Under the pieces are notes generated by a model. The model was not told the origin of the DNA. It saw only the letters and a program-made list of their open reading frames with translations, and ran no database searches. A stretch of 64,000 bases of DNA from Octopus bimaculoides (taxonomy: Eukaryota). The position numbers and the translations under genes are program-made. Every line of letters starts with the position of its first letter. The first letter of the stretch is position 1. Shown in pieces: positions 52,030 to 64,000 of the stretch. The DNA is taken from positions 37,503,058 through 37,567,057 of the forward strand of contig NC_068995.1 in the NCBI RefSeq assembly GCF_001194135.2, written 5' to 3'.

Positions 52030-52420
52030 GTTCCAGTAATGGATGGATCAGTATCCCCCCAATTAGTTTTCCCTTTCTGATTTTGAGAAGCCTAATTTCT
52101 CAAGACTGATATTTAAGCAGTGTCTTACGTATCTCAGGGCCCCAATAATTACAGGTAGAAACCTTACCTTGTAGTCTGGATAGAGTAACTGCAGATTTTT
52201 CAATAGTTCAGCGTACGTATTTTTTTTCACTGATCTTCATCTTTAAGTTAACATCCGCTGGGCAGCTAATTTCCACCATTGTACACAATTTCTCTTTTCG
52301 ATCCCAAATCATTATACCAGGTCTGTTGTGCTTCCATTTTATTGAAGTCTTCACAGGGACATTCCATCAATATTCCTTTGTATTATGAGTCGCTATGGCC
52401 TCTACCAAACTGTGGGTTCT
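52030..52420 (-). mobile_element. R4/Dong-like RLE LINE C-terminal fragment (third subfamily)
   Basis: QLLYPDYKVRFLPVIIGALRYV..CL..SLEKLGFSK motif, comparable to VVPIIVGAL at 41430. Confidence 0.6.
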
Positions 52421-52794
52421 TATTTCATTGTGCTCGGGGTTATCCTATGTATGTAGAGATATATNNNNNNNNNNNNNNNNNNNNNNNNNNNNNNNNNNNN
52501 NNNNNNNNNNNNNNNNNNNNNNNNNNNNNNNNNNNNNNNNNNNNNNNNNNNNNNNNNACAATTGCAGCGTGGAAGGTGTTTATAAGCCGTTTAAGAAAGA
52601 CACAAAAACCGTTAGGTTCACTTCAACGTTTAAATTCAATTTGTCAAAATATTTTCGTCGCTTTGAGTCCGCGACTTGTTCACTGATAAAATTCTGTGCT
52701 GCAGCGCAGAATAGTTTGTGGAAACAAAAGGATTTTTGTCTCTGTGTTAGTCTGCCATGGTTCACTGATTTTTGGACTGGTCTTAGAGTTCAAG

Positions 52795-53712
52795 ATGGTG
52801 TGAGTGTGCGTATATTTTTGTGGGTGTGTGTATGTGTGTGTGTTCGTGTGCACAGGGTTCTATTTGCGTGTGTATACATATGTGCTAGTATATGTTTTTT
52901 TTGACTGGTTTTAGAGTTCAGCGTGGTGTGTTGGTATGGGTTTGTGTATGTGTATTTTTCATATTTAGTAGGATGGTGTGTATATGTGTGCACGTTTGTG
53001 TGTGTGTGTGTATGTGTGTGATCTGTATTTTACAGGGTGCTCTGTGTGTGCGTATATGTACAGTGCGTGTTTGTACTGAGTATGCGTTTGGTTGTGTGTG
53101 TATGTAGGTGTGGTTTATGTAGTTTACGGTTGTGTGTGCATGTGTTTGTGTGCCATAGTTGTTGTGGCGAAGTGTCTGTGTGTGTGTACGTAGGCATGCG
53201 CGTGCGTGTATGTTGTTTTTCTGTGTGGTGTGTGCATGTTTGGGTGTATTTTTGTGAGTGTCTTATTTGTATTGTTTGTGCAGTGTGTGAATACGTATGA
53301 ATGTGGTGTGTGTTATTTTGTGCATGTACAAACTTGTGTGTGTGTCCGAGCATATGTGTGTATCTGTGAGTGTTTGTTGTGATTGTTGGAATTGTATTGC
53401 GTTTGTATATGTGTGTATTTTTTTCTTTGAGTGTGTGTTTTTTTTACTGGGGAATAGATATATTGTGTTTGAATGAGTGTACGTCATTGTGTATACATGC
53501 GTGTGTGTGGGTGTGGGTTGTGTTGTATTTGTGTGTTTGGTTTGTGTTGTATTTGTGTGTGTTTGCATGTGTATCTGTATATGTGTGTTTGTGTCAATGT
53601 GTCGTGTAATTGTCAGGGCAGTGTGTGTCAGTGTGTGCATGCACGTGTTTATGCATGTGTGTATATGTGTGTGCATGCACATGTTTATGCATGTGTGTGT
53701 ATGTGTGTGTGT
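52795..53712. repeat. About 0.9-kb degenerate (GT)n low-complexity tract
   Basis: Direct reading. Confidence 0.9.
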
Positions 53713-53744
53713 CGGTGACAGATTGTTGTGATTGCTAGAGAATA

Positions 53745-55330
53745 AGGATACTTTACTTTTTTATCCATGTTCGGTTAGTAGGGCTGTCTGGGCACTGGTA
53801 CGGTTGGAAAACTGGGAATTTGAGGGACGTATTTTGTGCATAGAGATCTAAGTGGCTACTAAGTGGTATCTGTCTTGTGGTGGGATACCTCAATTGTTGG
53901 CGGCGGACTGTCATCCTATATCTGAGGATAACACTAGTTTGCCCTATGTAGCCTTTGTGGAACCTTTCACACCCAATGGCTTGAAATAAATTTTTTGATA
54001 CGCAGATTATCTTATTTTTTACGACAAAAGTATATTCTGATTAGAACTTATATAATGTTCCTTCAAGGAGGTGGATGCAGGTCCCGCAATTAGAGCAACC
54101 ACATTTTTTGGCAGTAGGTGCTTGGCTTGTGTTGTGTAATTTTGTATTGGTGGGTAAGGTTTTTAGGAATTTGTGTTGTCTCTTGCTTATTACTATTTTG
54201 TGGGTTTCGAGTGATTTTTATAACGTGGATCTTGACACAGTAGGGGTATGTTCTTTTATATAATCATGTAAGCTTCTGTATTTCTTAGATTGTGTTTTCA
54301 GAGTGTGTTTCGGATATCAGTTGTTTTGGCCCGTTTTTTCCATTGTTAATTAATGATGCTGGGTACTGTCTTTCGAGAAGAATTTACTTTAGTTCCTGGA
54401 GACTTTTACTTCGCGTTTCATAATTTGAGACAATTGTACTGATTGTTCTCACTAGATTGAAGGGAATGTTTGTCGTCGTGTGCTTTGGGTGATTGGAGGT
54501 GAAAAGGGGGTATTGTTTGGTATCAGTCGGTTGTCAGTTTCAATGTTGGTAGTTTTTTTTATAATAAGAATGTCTAGAAATGGGTGTTGGTCTTGACTGT
54601 ATTCCATTGTAAATTGGATATGGTTGTTAACGCTGTTGATTAAATTTCGAGTTGGTCGAATGTGTGAGACCATAAAATTTGGTAGTTATCCAAGTAGCTT
54701 TTCCAAGTCTCCAACAGATATTTGTGGAAAGACAAGCCGTATTTGAACTTGGATTGTTCATATATTTGTAACTCCAAGTAGGCCATCACTAGATTGGCAT
54801 AAATTGGGGCAACTTTAGTACCCATCGCAATCCCTAATACCTGTTTGTAGGTATTGTTATTAAAATTCAAAAGTCTTTATTGGCATGTTTCGGGAGTGGT
54901 TTAGGAGGTCCAGGTCTTCTCTTATAATACTTGGTATGCGTTTAAGTATTGGTTTTAAGAGTATACCAATGAGGATGCTTAATCTGTGTGTTTCACAGTT
55001 TGGACCTGCCACAATTGGTCTCAGTTTGAGATCAGTGGAATGTGGTAGACTGATGCATGTTGACGTGGAACTTTTGCAAACTTCAGTAATTATATTGCTT
55101 TGTGGATTTTCGGGACGTTGTACAGGTTGCTGGTCTTGCAATCACATTTTTTTAAATAGTCGCATTCCTTTGTCGTTAGGTTATTTTGATGTTGGCAAAT
55201 GAGTGTGTTTAATTTTGAGTGTTGGTAGTTAACTACTCTTGCCGAGTAGGAAGTATCTTGTAAGAGGTGAGATACAGTGTTTTTGTATTATTCTGTGTCC
55301 ATAATTAAGACATATAAGAATATGAAGAGT
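53745..55330 (-). mobile_element. Decayed Penelope-like element (RT + GIY-YIG)
   Basis: LRPIVAGPNCETHRLS, GIAMGTKVAPIYANL, IQFTMEYS....PFLDILI, KKCG..NCGTC and YIGQT...LR.RMT motifs. Confidence 0.88.
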
Positions 55331-55548
55331 TTAGATCACTTGTGATCTAAACGAATAGCTACATTGGGTAAGTGCTATAGCTGGGCGACCATTAGGTTCC
55401 AAGATCACAGCTTAGGGTGGATCTAGGGATCGTGTTAGGTTTCCGTTGAAGCATGTATATATTATGTTAGAGGAAAAAATCGAAGCGATGGCAGAACGAG
55501 TATCTCAAGTCATTTAGAATAATTTAATTAAGGTAATGTGAATATGAA

Positions 55549-55615
55549 GTCTTACAGCTGTTTCTGGAATAACCCAGGTGGTTATCTGTGCACTGGGTAT
55601 ACCGTCATCAAAGAC
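55549..55615 (-). ncRNA. Type I hammerhead ribozyme (PLE minimal type), core C3->U variant
   Basis: GTCT-TTGATGA-[stem II]-GAAA-C-AGCT-GTA-AGAC: stem I GUCU/AGAC, palindromic ACAGCUGU stem III, GUA triplet. Confidence 0.7.
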
Positions 55616-55864
55616 AAGAATATAGGCAACAGAACAATGTTCACAACTCATTTTGTTCCAGAGGATATAGATATTGGTCGGTACTTCCACAACCTCTGGA
55701 AAAAAGATGAGTTGTGAACATCATTCTCCTGCCTATATTCTTGTAACTACTTTTAAAATTTATTCTTCTATTTTACTACTTTATTCTTTTATTTTATTCC
55801 TTATAAACCATGAATTTTATTCCTTGTAAGCTGTGCGTTTTCCCCGTCTACAATTTCATACGCT

Positions 55865-55940
55865 GTCTCTGATGACGGAATACCCAGTACACGAATATGC
55901 CAACTAACTACTTAGCTTATCCCAGAAACAGCCGTAAGAC
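55865..55940 (+). ncRNA. Type I hammerhead ribozyme (PLE minimal type), intact catalytic core
   Basis: GTCT-CTGATGA(55869-75)-[stem II]-GAAAC(55925-29)-AGCC-GTA(55934-36)-AGAC; predicted cleavage after 55936. Confidence 0.75.
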
Positions 55941-56029
55941 TTCAAATTCACCTTACTTTAATTACATTATTCTAAATGACTTGAAATATTCATTCTGCCT
56001 TGGTTCTCATTTTTTCTGTAATATAGTAT

Positions 56030-56035
56030 AATATA

Positions 56036-56122
<87 letters not shown>

Positions 56123-56125
56123 GGA
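56030..56125. repeat. (AT)n-(AG)n microsatellite
   Basis: Direct reading. Confidence 0.95.
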
Positions 56126-57161
56126 GAGAATGAGATAGTTGCATAGGATTAGAGATAGATAGATGGATTTAGTGGGGCAAGAATGATAAAATATGATAGA
56201 ATACCACGCTATTTTGTTTAGACGCGTTTATCAAAATCATTTTGAATTTGATAATGTAGATCCCAGAATATATTGTCTTGAAGCAATCGATTTCACCCCT
56301 TGTGGTTTTGAATAAAAGTCAGAAATTGATGATTTTGATTTTCCAGAAATTCTATATCTCATCAAAACATTTAAAACTACCATTATATCATCATTATATA
56401 GTTAAATGCTGGTGAATGACTTAATGGAAATTGTGCTATGGGTGATTTGAAATTGAAGTGAGCAGAGATGCAATCGTTCCAAAAGTGTCTAGAGATTTAG
56501 TCTATTATAAAAATGTAATTGTAATTTATTGCTTAGTTTGTTTTACTAATTGTCATACCATGAGAATATTACTTTCTAAATGAATGTATTATGTAATTCC
56601 ATTAAAATAGAGCAAGACGTCGTCTTGTCTGCTAACTATCTAATGCTGAGTGAGAATTAAATGTCAATAAAAATAATAATGAAAGAAATAATTTCATATT
56701 TTAAATACCTTGAGGGGAGTTAAGGATATTGTCCGTATAATGAGATTGTTTAACAGTATATTTTAAAATCACAAGTGTCATGTCCACGAGCCAGCACCGA
56801 TTTCTCATGATTTAAGCAAGATATCACATCGCCGAATTTCACCCCCACCACCACCGCGAGAGAAACGGCTAATACAATTTAGTGATTACAATTTTATGAG
56901 ATTAATAAAGTAGATCATTTGTCTTTCACTAAATATATGGTTGAGAGTGTAAGTTTCGAGAGCTCTTTCTTTCATTCGTAAATATACGCATAGCCTTGTA
57001 ACGATTCTGCCAGACAATAGCATAAACAAAATCTCAATTAGTGCGCAACAATTACCAATCACACAGTTGTTATATTTTGAAGAGTCAACGATCTGACCTT
57101 GGAAAGAGAGACGCTTAGCAATCTACTAGCTGGCAGAGGCGACAGAGTAATGTTCATATAG

Positions 57162-57394
57162 AAGGCGGTGAGCTGGTAGAAACGTTAGCACGCCAGGTGA
57201 AATGCTTAGCGGCATTTCGTCTGCCGTTACATTCTGAGTTCAACTTCCGCCGAGTTCGACTTTGCCTTTCATCCTTTCGGGGTCGATAAATTAACTACCA
57301 GTTACGCACTGGGGTTGATGTAGTCGACTTAATCTCTTCGTCTGTCCTTGTTTGTCCCCTCTATGTTTAGCCCCTTGTGGGAAATAAAAAAATA
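57162..57394 (+). mobile_element. Full-length SINE family A (tail variant 1) with degenerate TSD
   Basis: Complete copy; flanked by agagtaatgttcatata and agaataatgttaatata. Confidence 0.93.
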
Positions 57395-57601
57395 AGAATA
57401 ATGTTAATATATATGGAAACATACCCTTTGCCATTCAGGACGAGCATAACGTAAGGGAATGTAACATAGTTTAATCCACTACAGATCTCGTATTTTAGCA
57501 CGAACATACCTTAGTGTTTTGTAATACTATTTCGACACTACTTACTAGCAACGCATAAATGCAATAGCATTTTATGCGCTCATATTGTTAAAGTTAATTA
57601 C

Positions 57602-57640
57602 CTGCCCAAATACGATCGCCTCCCAGATCACATTCTACCG
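57602..57640 (-). CDS. Candidate 39-nt symmetric exon (phase 1->1) VECDLGGDRIWA
   Basis: Acceptor gtgtgtttcag|, donor CAG|gtaatt, one open frame; short enough to be chance. Confidence 0.3.
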
Positions 57641-58849
57641 CTGAAACACACGTATACGCCCTCCCTCAGGATATAACTTGTAGCTGCCAGCATATTTAGA
57701 GAATCTGTCTTTCCAAACGAGAGTCATATTGAGCGACTTCTCTACGCATGCTTTCAACAGCGAAGGTGAGATGGAAACACTTCAAGATGGTAAATGGAAT
57801 TTAATCGGTTAAACGTATTAGACAATCTTCGTGAAAAGAACTTCTGCAGTACATTCGGGGAGTTAAAAACGCGCTAGGATCCCCGTATCTCTTACTAGCG
57901 GGATAGTTTCGAACAATACTTATAGAGAAATAAAACGTGAAATGGTGTTTATAGTAGAATATGCATTTTAAACTGACATCGCTGATTAAGTACCTGTTAC
58001 GAAACTTACTTGCACAGATTAAAATATCTAAAAAATGTATCAAAATATTCTGGTAGTTGTATGGTAGGATATAATCGGTTCTATGACCACAACTCTTCGG
58101 CAATATAAATATATTTTATACTTTCCGAGTGAATATAAGATGAACAAATAGAGAGGGCGACAAAAAGAAGGGTAGCAAGAGAGTAGAAGGAAAGAGAAGG
58201 GTAGAGAGAATGAAATGAGAAAAGGAAAGGAATAGAAAAAGAAAGATGAGCCATTAAATATGAATGAAGTAAAGATTAAAATGTAAAGAATAAATTGAGA
58301 ATAATATGGACAGATCCGGCACGCCGATAAAGCACTAGAATGAAATGAATTATTATAGTTAGTTAATCCCAAACTCGAGTTTCCCTATTAATAAGAAAAC
58401 AAATTAATTTGTCGTCAGTGGGATCGCTAAAACAAAGCATAATTATGTAGCAATTATACGTACGGAAAATACACGTGTGAGCTACATCTTTATAATATTA
58501 TGGTTTCAAATCAAGCGCACAGGAGCATTCACATATCCAGCGGCAAATAATTAAGTTTTACCAACCGCGTACTATAAACCTCAGAATTAGGAAGTTTTAC
58601 AGTGTAAATCTTAAGGGTAAAAAATTAGAATAATTTATTACCAGTGGTTCGCATGCGTAATAAAAGTCATAAGACAACATATTTTCATAGATAAAGAGTC
58701 CATATAAGATATATACACAAAGAGAAGACCTATACCAGGTCTCTTTACATGCTAGAAAGGGCAGTTAAACCCAACCACGAAAGAATAATTCTAAAGACAC
58801 GCCAATGACAAATTAAACCCAAAATCGATATAAATCAACCCCACGATAG

Positions 58850-59880
58850 CAAACATAATATAAGCAAAACTAATATTAAATTATCTTATAAACCCATGAT
58901 TAATAATAAAAAAATCAGTTAGCAATTATAATTATCACCACAATGATAAAGGTACATTTAATAAACATAATGATACGAATAATCAAATTATTACTTCTAA
59001 TACCAGTACCAATACCAATCCATATAATGCTCTGAATAATAATAATATTAAACCATATACTCATTTCATTAGCTCTAATAAATCTAAAAGTTATTACAAC
59101 TTACATATAAATAATAATCACCCTGAAAAATGTAAGAAGATTTGGTTAGTTATTCCATATGCAATACAAGTTAAAAATAACATTGTTGAATCCATATTTA
59201 AGGCCATTCATAAACACTTTAACATTAAGAATAGATACAATGAAATTATAAACTACAAAACCGTCAGGATTGGCTTTAGCTTAACTCCTACCTTATTTAC
59301 AATTATATAATCAAATAACGACAGAAAAGTAAATATATTCTATATCAATAGAAATACCTATGACAACAATTCTACCAATTCTCCTAAAGTTAAATGAAAT
59401 CTCCCAAACCCTATTGACTCTAATAATAACGGCCACATATTTTCCAGTGATGAAAGCAAAATAAACCATATTAACTCCCTTAATATCAATTATTCTAATA
59501 AATACACAGATTAAAAAAAAAACGTTTATGAAAAGTGTGACTATAAAGATAAAACTAATTGTAAATCTAAGAATTCACGTAACACAGGAAATGACTATCA
59601 ATGCAAAGTTGAAGCTTTGGGAAAATATTTTTATATCTGCTCCACCGAAAATAAAGTAAGGACCCGCGTGGCTAACCATCTCCAATCCTTAAATATAAAC
59701 AGAAAATCAACTCCACCGAATTAAGCAAATGTATATGGGAATTGAAAGATAATGACATTGAATTTGAAATTAAGTGGGATATTATTGATTCTCCAACAGC
59801 TTATTAAATTAATAACAAGAAATGCGATCTTACGATTTACACAGTAAAACGTGTTAATTCTGAGTGTTATAGCACGCAGT
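58850..59880 (+). mobile_element. Highly decayed Penelope-like element (post-RT region and GIY-YIG)
   Basis: KIWL..PY...VKNNI...IF..IHKHF, YQCKV...STEN...R..NH and STELSK..WELKDN.IEFEIKWDII motifs. Confidence 0.6.
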
Positions 59881-59961
59881 TGTTAAAAACTAATTATTTG
59901 CTGCCTTACATTAATATCCACTTTTACACATTCTCAATGACAATTTAATAATCTTTAAACA

Positions 59962-60114
59962 TATGTATATGTATATATGTATGTGTATATGTGTGTATAT
60001 ATGTGCATACGTGTATGTATGTATGTATGTATGTATGTATCTATCAATCTATCTATCTATCTATCTACCTACCTACCTACCTACCTACCTATCCATCCAT
60101 CCAGCCAGCCAGCC

Positions 60115-60156
<42 letters not shown>
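59962..60156. repeat. Compound tetranucleotide microsatellite (TATG/TATC/TACC/CCAT/CCAG/TATC)
   Basis: Direct reading. Confidence 0.95.
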
Positions 60157-60267
60157 AAGGCCTTGTTTGACCGGAAGCTATAGTAGCCAACATTTGCCCA
60201 AAGTATCATGCAGTGTGAATTCGAAATCATGTGGTTGGAATGCAAAATTTTACCACATTGCCACGGT
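60157..60267 (-). mobile_element. SINE family B 5' fragment
   Basis: Reverse complement resembles the head of 46221 (gtggtaa..ccaaccacatg..ttgggcaa..ctactatagc..). Confidence 0.6.
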
Positions 60268-61189
60268 TTTATTCTCTCTGAAATATCCATTTGCAACATG
60301 GGCCAGCCAGCTTACATTTCTGTCTTCTTGAATATTCAGGTTGGATCACGCAAATTACCTGATAAAGCTTGATTAATTGGTTAATGATGAAGAGAAGCTA
60401 ACGAAACATTCTATATTCTATAATAGTTTTACACAGACGCACAAACAAATATTAATTTACGTATTGAATATCGTCTTTTTGTTCACATAGTCAATAATGA
60501 TCAATCGTCAGTTAATTAATCAATAATTATCAATAATCAGGTAATTTATCATTATATATTATACCGATACTGTCATAATGTACATAAAGAATTAATCTGC
60601 TTGACTCAATTAATATTGACGTATATTACAAAATGAAACACTTTATCACAAAATATATTTGTATAATATGATTTATTAATTAAGGTGTATTTCTACTCAT
60701 TATTATCAGTACTATATGATCCTAGAGAAAGGATAATAATTTGGATTACTCTCTTCTAAAAGTAATTATTGAATCAACAAATTACATTGTGTAACATGTT
60801 ATTTGTTTTTGGTCAATAAGTTTTATGGAAATAACTATTAATCCCTTCAAACTTTGCTTTTGTGACCTGGACATCAATGTTTTAAAACTGACTTATTCTC
60901 CATTATCTTTTAGAGAGATTCAGTGCTGCATTGCTGAAGCAGAAGTATCATTATAGCAAATATTTTGTTAAATACCCCAGATTTGCTTGTCAGTTGCTTG
61001 ACCTTAATCACTTCAACATGTCCCTTAGTGACAGACAATAATGGCATCACTGAGGAGTAGGGGTGCATCATATCCATGTGTCCAGAGGGATCATTTGGGT
61101 TTTGAATAAATATACCAGAGGCAAAGTTTGAAGGAAATGTTAGTCATTTTTCATACATTCTGTGGGTATGCAAACAGGAAATACCAGTT

Positions 61190-62000
61190 GCTACCTAATG
61201 ACTACATAAATTTTATTAAAAATTTGATTTATCTATAACATTTGAAGAAAGCTATTCTACAGCAAATGTTTAGACGTTATTTTAGACCTTAACACTTCAA
61301 CATATTCTACCTTTCATAAACCTAATGAATATCTAAAATATATAAACGTTAATTCAAACCACGATATACCACTACTTAATAATATGGTTAATAGTATATC
61401 TACTAGAGTATCTGACCTATTTTATAATGAAGAAATTTTTAATAATCACGCTAATTATTATAACCAGGCTTTAGCTGCTAGTGGGTTCAAATAATGCATT
61501 AAATATGTTAAGGATACTAAACTAAAGATCTACATAGCACAAATGGAATTAAACAAAGCTGCATGTTATACTAAAATAAGAAATAAAGATAACCTCAAAA
61601 ATAAAAATAACACTCAATTAATACAAAATGAAGAAACGTCTATAAAATACAACAAAAAATATAGAAAAGTGATGATAGACAAAGAAATAAATATAGTAAT
61701 AACAATAAATACTTAGCAAAAAAATACACGAATCCTTAAATCAATATATAAATGTAATAAAGTACTTAATAAGAGCGGAAAGAGAGAAATTTTTTGGTAT
61801 ACACCTCCATTTTCATTAACTTTTAAGGGTGTAGCAAAAACAGTTTTTAAATATAGTTTAATAAAAGCTTTTCTAGTAATTATAAATATCACCATATATT
61901 TAACAGATCATCAATTAAAATATCCTTCTCTACAACACCAAACATAAGATCTATTATTACCAGTTTTAATAGAAGAAAGTTTAATAAATATAAAAATAGC
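61190..62000 (+). mobile_element. Decayed Penelope-like element RT thumb/linker fragment
   Basis: NVLDVILDL....FHKPN..LKYIN.NSNH...FNN.A.YYNQALAASGF and WYTPPFS...IFNRSSIKISFS motifs. Confidence 0.7.
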
Positions 62001-63229
62001 TTTAGTAATAGCAGCAATAACGTTACTAATAATGAAATAAACAGATAATGCTCAAAATACTAGAACACATAGTAATGATATCAATAGAACAAACTCCCGA
62101 CGAAATTTGAAAATATACAATATGCCTTAGGTAATACAATACCACAAACTAATAGTAATAATAATTCACAAATAGTAAACATATCTGACTCTAAGATAAA
62201 TAAGACTATAGCAAATTCAATGATAACATATCAAATAATCATAATAATATTAAATATTTTACCTCTGAACAGAAATATAAAAATAAAAATTGCTCATGTA
62301 AAAATCAAGAATCATGCCCTTTAGAAGGTAAATGTAGAAGATTCAACATGATATCCAAGTACATAGTTACATTAACGGATAAGTTAAGAGCTTAAGTAAT
62401 ATGGTATACATAAGGAGTTCTGTTAATTTCAGGCAAATATTTTTAGCATACATACATTCCTTTAAGCCTAATATAACTAGCAATACTACTTCATTAGCTA
62501 CCCATATACATCAACTGAAACAAAATAAAGTTAACTATAGATTACATTTGTCAATAATAGATTCGGCTACACTATACACGCATAAGTCTAATATTTGCCG
62601 TCGTCTCTGTACACAGAAATCACTGTATATTTTACTGTATAGTCAAAAGAATTTAATAAATTGTCAATCAGAAGCGCTATCAACATGTAGACATAGGTTT
62701 TATAAAACTTTTAAATATTATAAAAGATGCAATAAAGATTTACATTAGTGTCCATTATTTATTATTTATACTAGCGATATCAAAATAAGGAGATAATTAT
62801 AGATTCGTAGATAAAGTAATTAAAATATTTTTGACTATAAACATATTTACACGACATATATTATACATTAAACGATTGATAAATTGGTTTTCTTAGAATT
62901 TGAACCTGTACACAATGAATAGATTTTTACAATTGTAAAATAATAATAAAAAAATTTAAATCTAAAATTTAAATTGATATCTTCCAGCAATACAAATAAT
63001 AATTTAATGCTAATACTTTTGATCACCAAAATCAACCTTCTACATCTCATATATCGTTTGTAAGTTATTTCATCGTTATTGATATTGGTTAAGTTTGCAT
63101 TATTCGTTTAGTAATTTCTTGATATTATTGTTGTTGAACCTTTGATATCTGTATTCTGTGTTTAACAGACGCAAAGAACTGTTGTTCCCCTCCATGAGTA
63201 GGGGGGGGGGAATAATTATTTGAAAAGAA

Positions 63230-63730
63230 TGAACATTGAAAACATGTCTTCAAATGAAAAAAAGTGTTGAAAAAATAATGAATTCCTCGGTATCTGTGAA
63301 CGTTAAAATGAATAATTCCATTGTAAAAGATACAAATCATATTGAAAATAAAAAAAAAGATTAATTTTACTGCTGCGGCAGGTATAACAAAAGACAAATT
63401 GTGTGTTGAACCAGGTGTGTTATTGCAACACACAAATGTATTTGCAAGAGAGGGTTTCGATGCCAGGGCCACCCTCCCAAACGAACTAATAGAACGAACC
63501 TAAAAAAGAATTATTATCTTTAAATCCATATAAATAAAGAAAATCGAAAAGGCTACTAACGAACAAATAGAAAAATGCTTACAGCCGATATGGCAAGATG
63601 TCGAGATTCTAACAAGAGGGAAAAGGTATGCGACGGTGGTCGTATACTTCACAGATGAAGAAAAAGCGATGAAATACTGATACAACCATTAAAAACAAAT
63701 GAGATAGTGCTACTGCTGACGTACCTAGGT
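63230..63730 (+). mobile_element. Tx1-like ORF1 fragment (same family as 37599-38078)
   Basis: NFTAAAG...IEKCLQPIWQDVEILTRGKRYATV.V.F..EEKA...LLLTYLG, versus VELCLHPVWNDVVYITRGVKYSTIEIRF..EAKA...LLPTYLG. Confidence 0.75.
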
Positions 63731-64000
63731 TGTGGTAATCATTATATTGGCCAAACAGGAAAATCGCTCCGTCGGAGAACCACCCTCCACAAAGAAAAAA
63801 TCCGCCACGCACAATACAGACAGAGACAGGTCAGTGAACACATAGAAAGGTGTGCTAGGAAACTTAATCCTAATTTCCTAATTTTCCCCTTCTAACAATG
63901 TACACAGAACACCTCAATACAGCAAAGAATGAATAAAAAGGTAACTTTCATCAATAAATATCTTCCACAACTCAATATGAACAAATAACATAATACGGAA
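63731..64000 (+). mobile_element. Penelope-like GIY-YIG endonuclease fragment
   Basis: CGNHYIGQTGKSLRRRTTLHKEKIR...VSEHIERC, homologous to the 53830-54000 motif. Confidence 0.75.

Larger units (their letters stand above)
55505..55984. repeat. Nested inverted repeat (inverted PLE pLTR): A 55505-55615 / A' 55863-55984; B 55614-55664 / B' 55693-55744
   Basis: Manual reverse-complement alignment shows long matching arms with scattered mismatches. Confidence 0.92.

Noticed and set aside
52162-52188. Apparent 21-nt microexon LLYPDYK with a perfect donor
   Set aside because: The peptide continues as an R4/Dong-like RLE C-terminus (PVIIGAL), so it is TE-derived; this is a caution for other very short exon calls.

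Overview
Repeat-dense eukaryotic scaffold segment with 9 N-gaps, most of them bordered by (AT)n or (CA)n tracts. The SINE families and microsatellite load match what I recall of octopus (coleoid cephalopod) genomes; this is an inference, not a database result. No rRNA, tRNA, CRISPR or prokaryotic features were found. Most ORF-track entries are microsatellite or gap artefacts. The window contains: (1) a multi-exon protein-coding gene on the minus strand, reconstructed by hand from GT-AG exons with compatible phases (core 10430->2261, candidates up to about 26.5 kb and possibly 57.6 kb), of no recognised family; (2) decayed TEs: two tRNA-type SINE families, R4/Dong-like RLE LINEs (two with (TAA)n tails), RTE LINE 3' ends, Tx1/L1-like ORF1 and RT remnants, several Penelope-like elements (PLEs), and Tc1/mariner and Helitron-like fragments. 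The best leads are a nested palindrome carrying two outward-facing PLE-type hammerhead ribozymes (55505-55984), a 34-bp exon-intron inverted repeat with an A.C mismatch that predicts an ADAR editing site (16635), an exon whose three in-frame stops are each one A-to-G change from Trp (327-472), and a hairpin array in an RTE 3' UTR.
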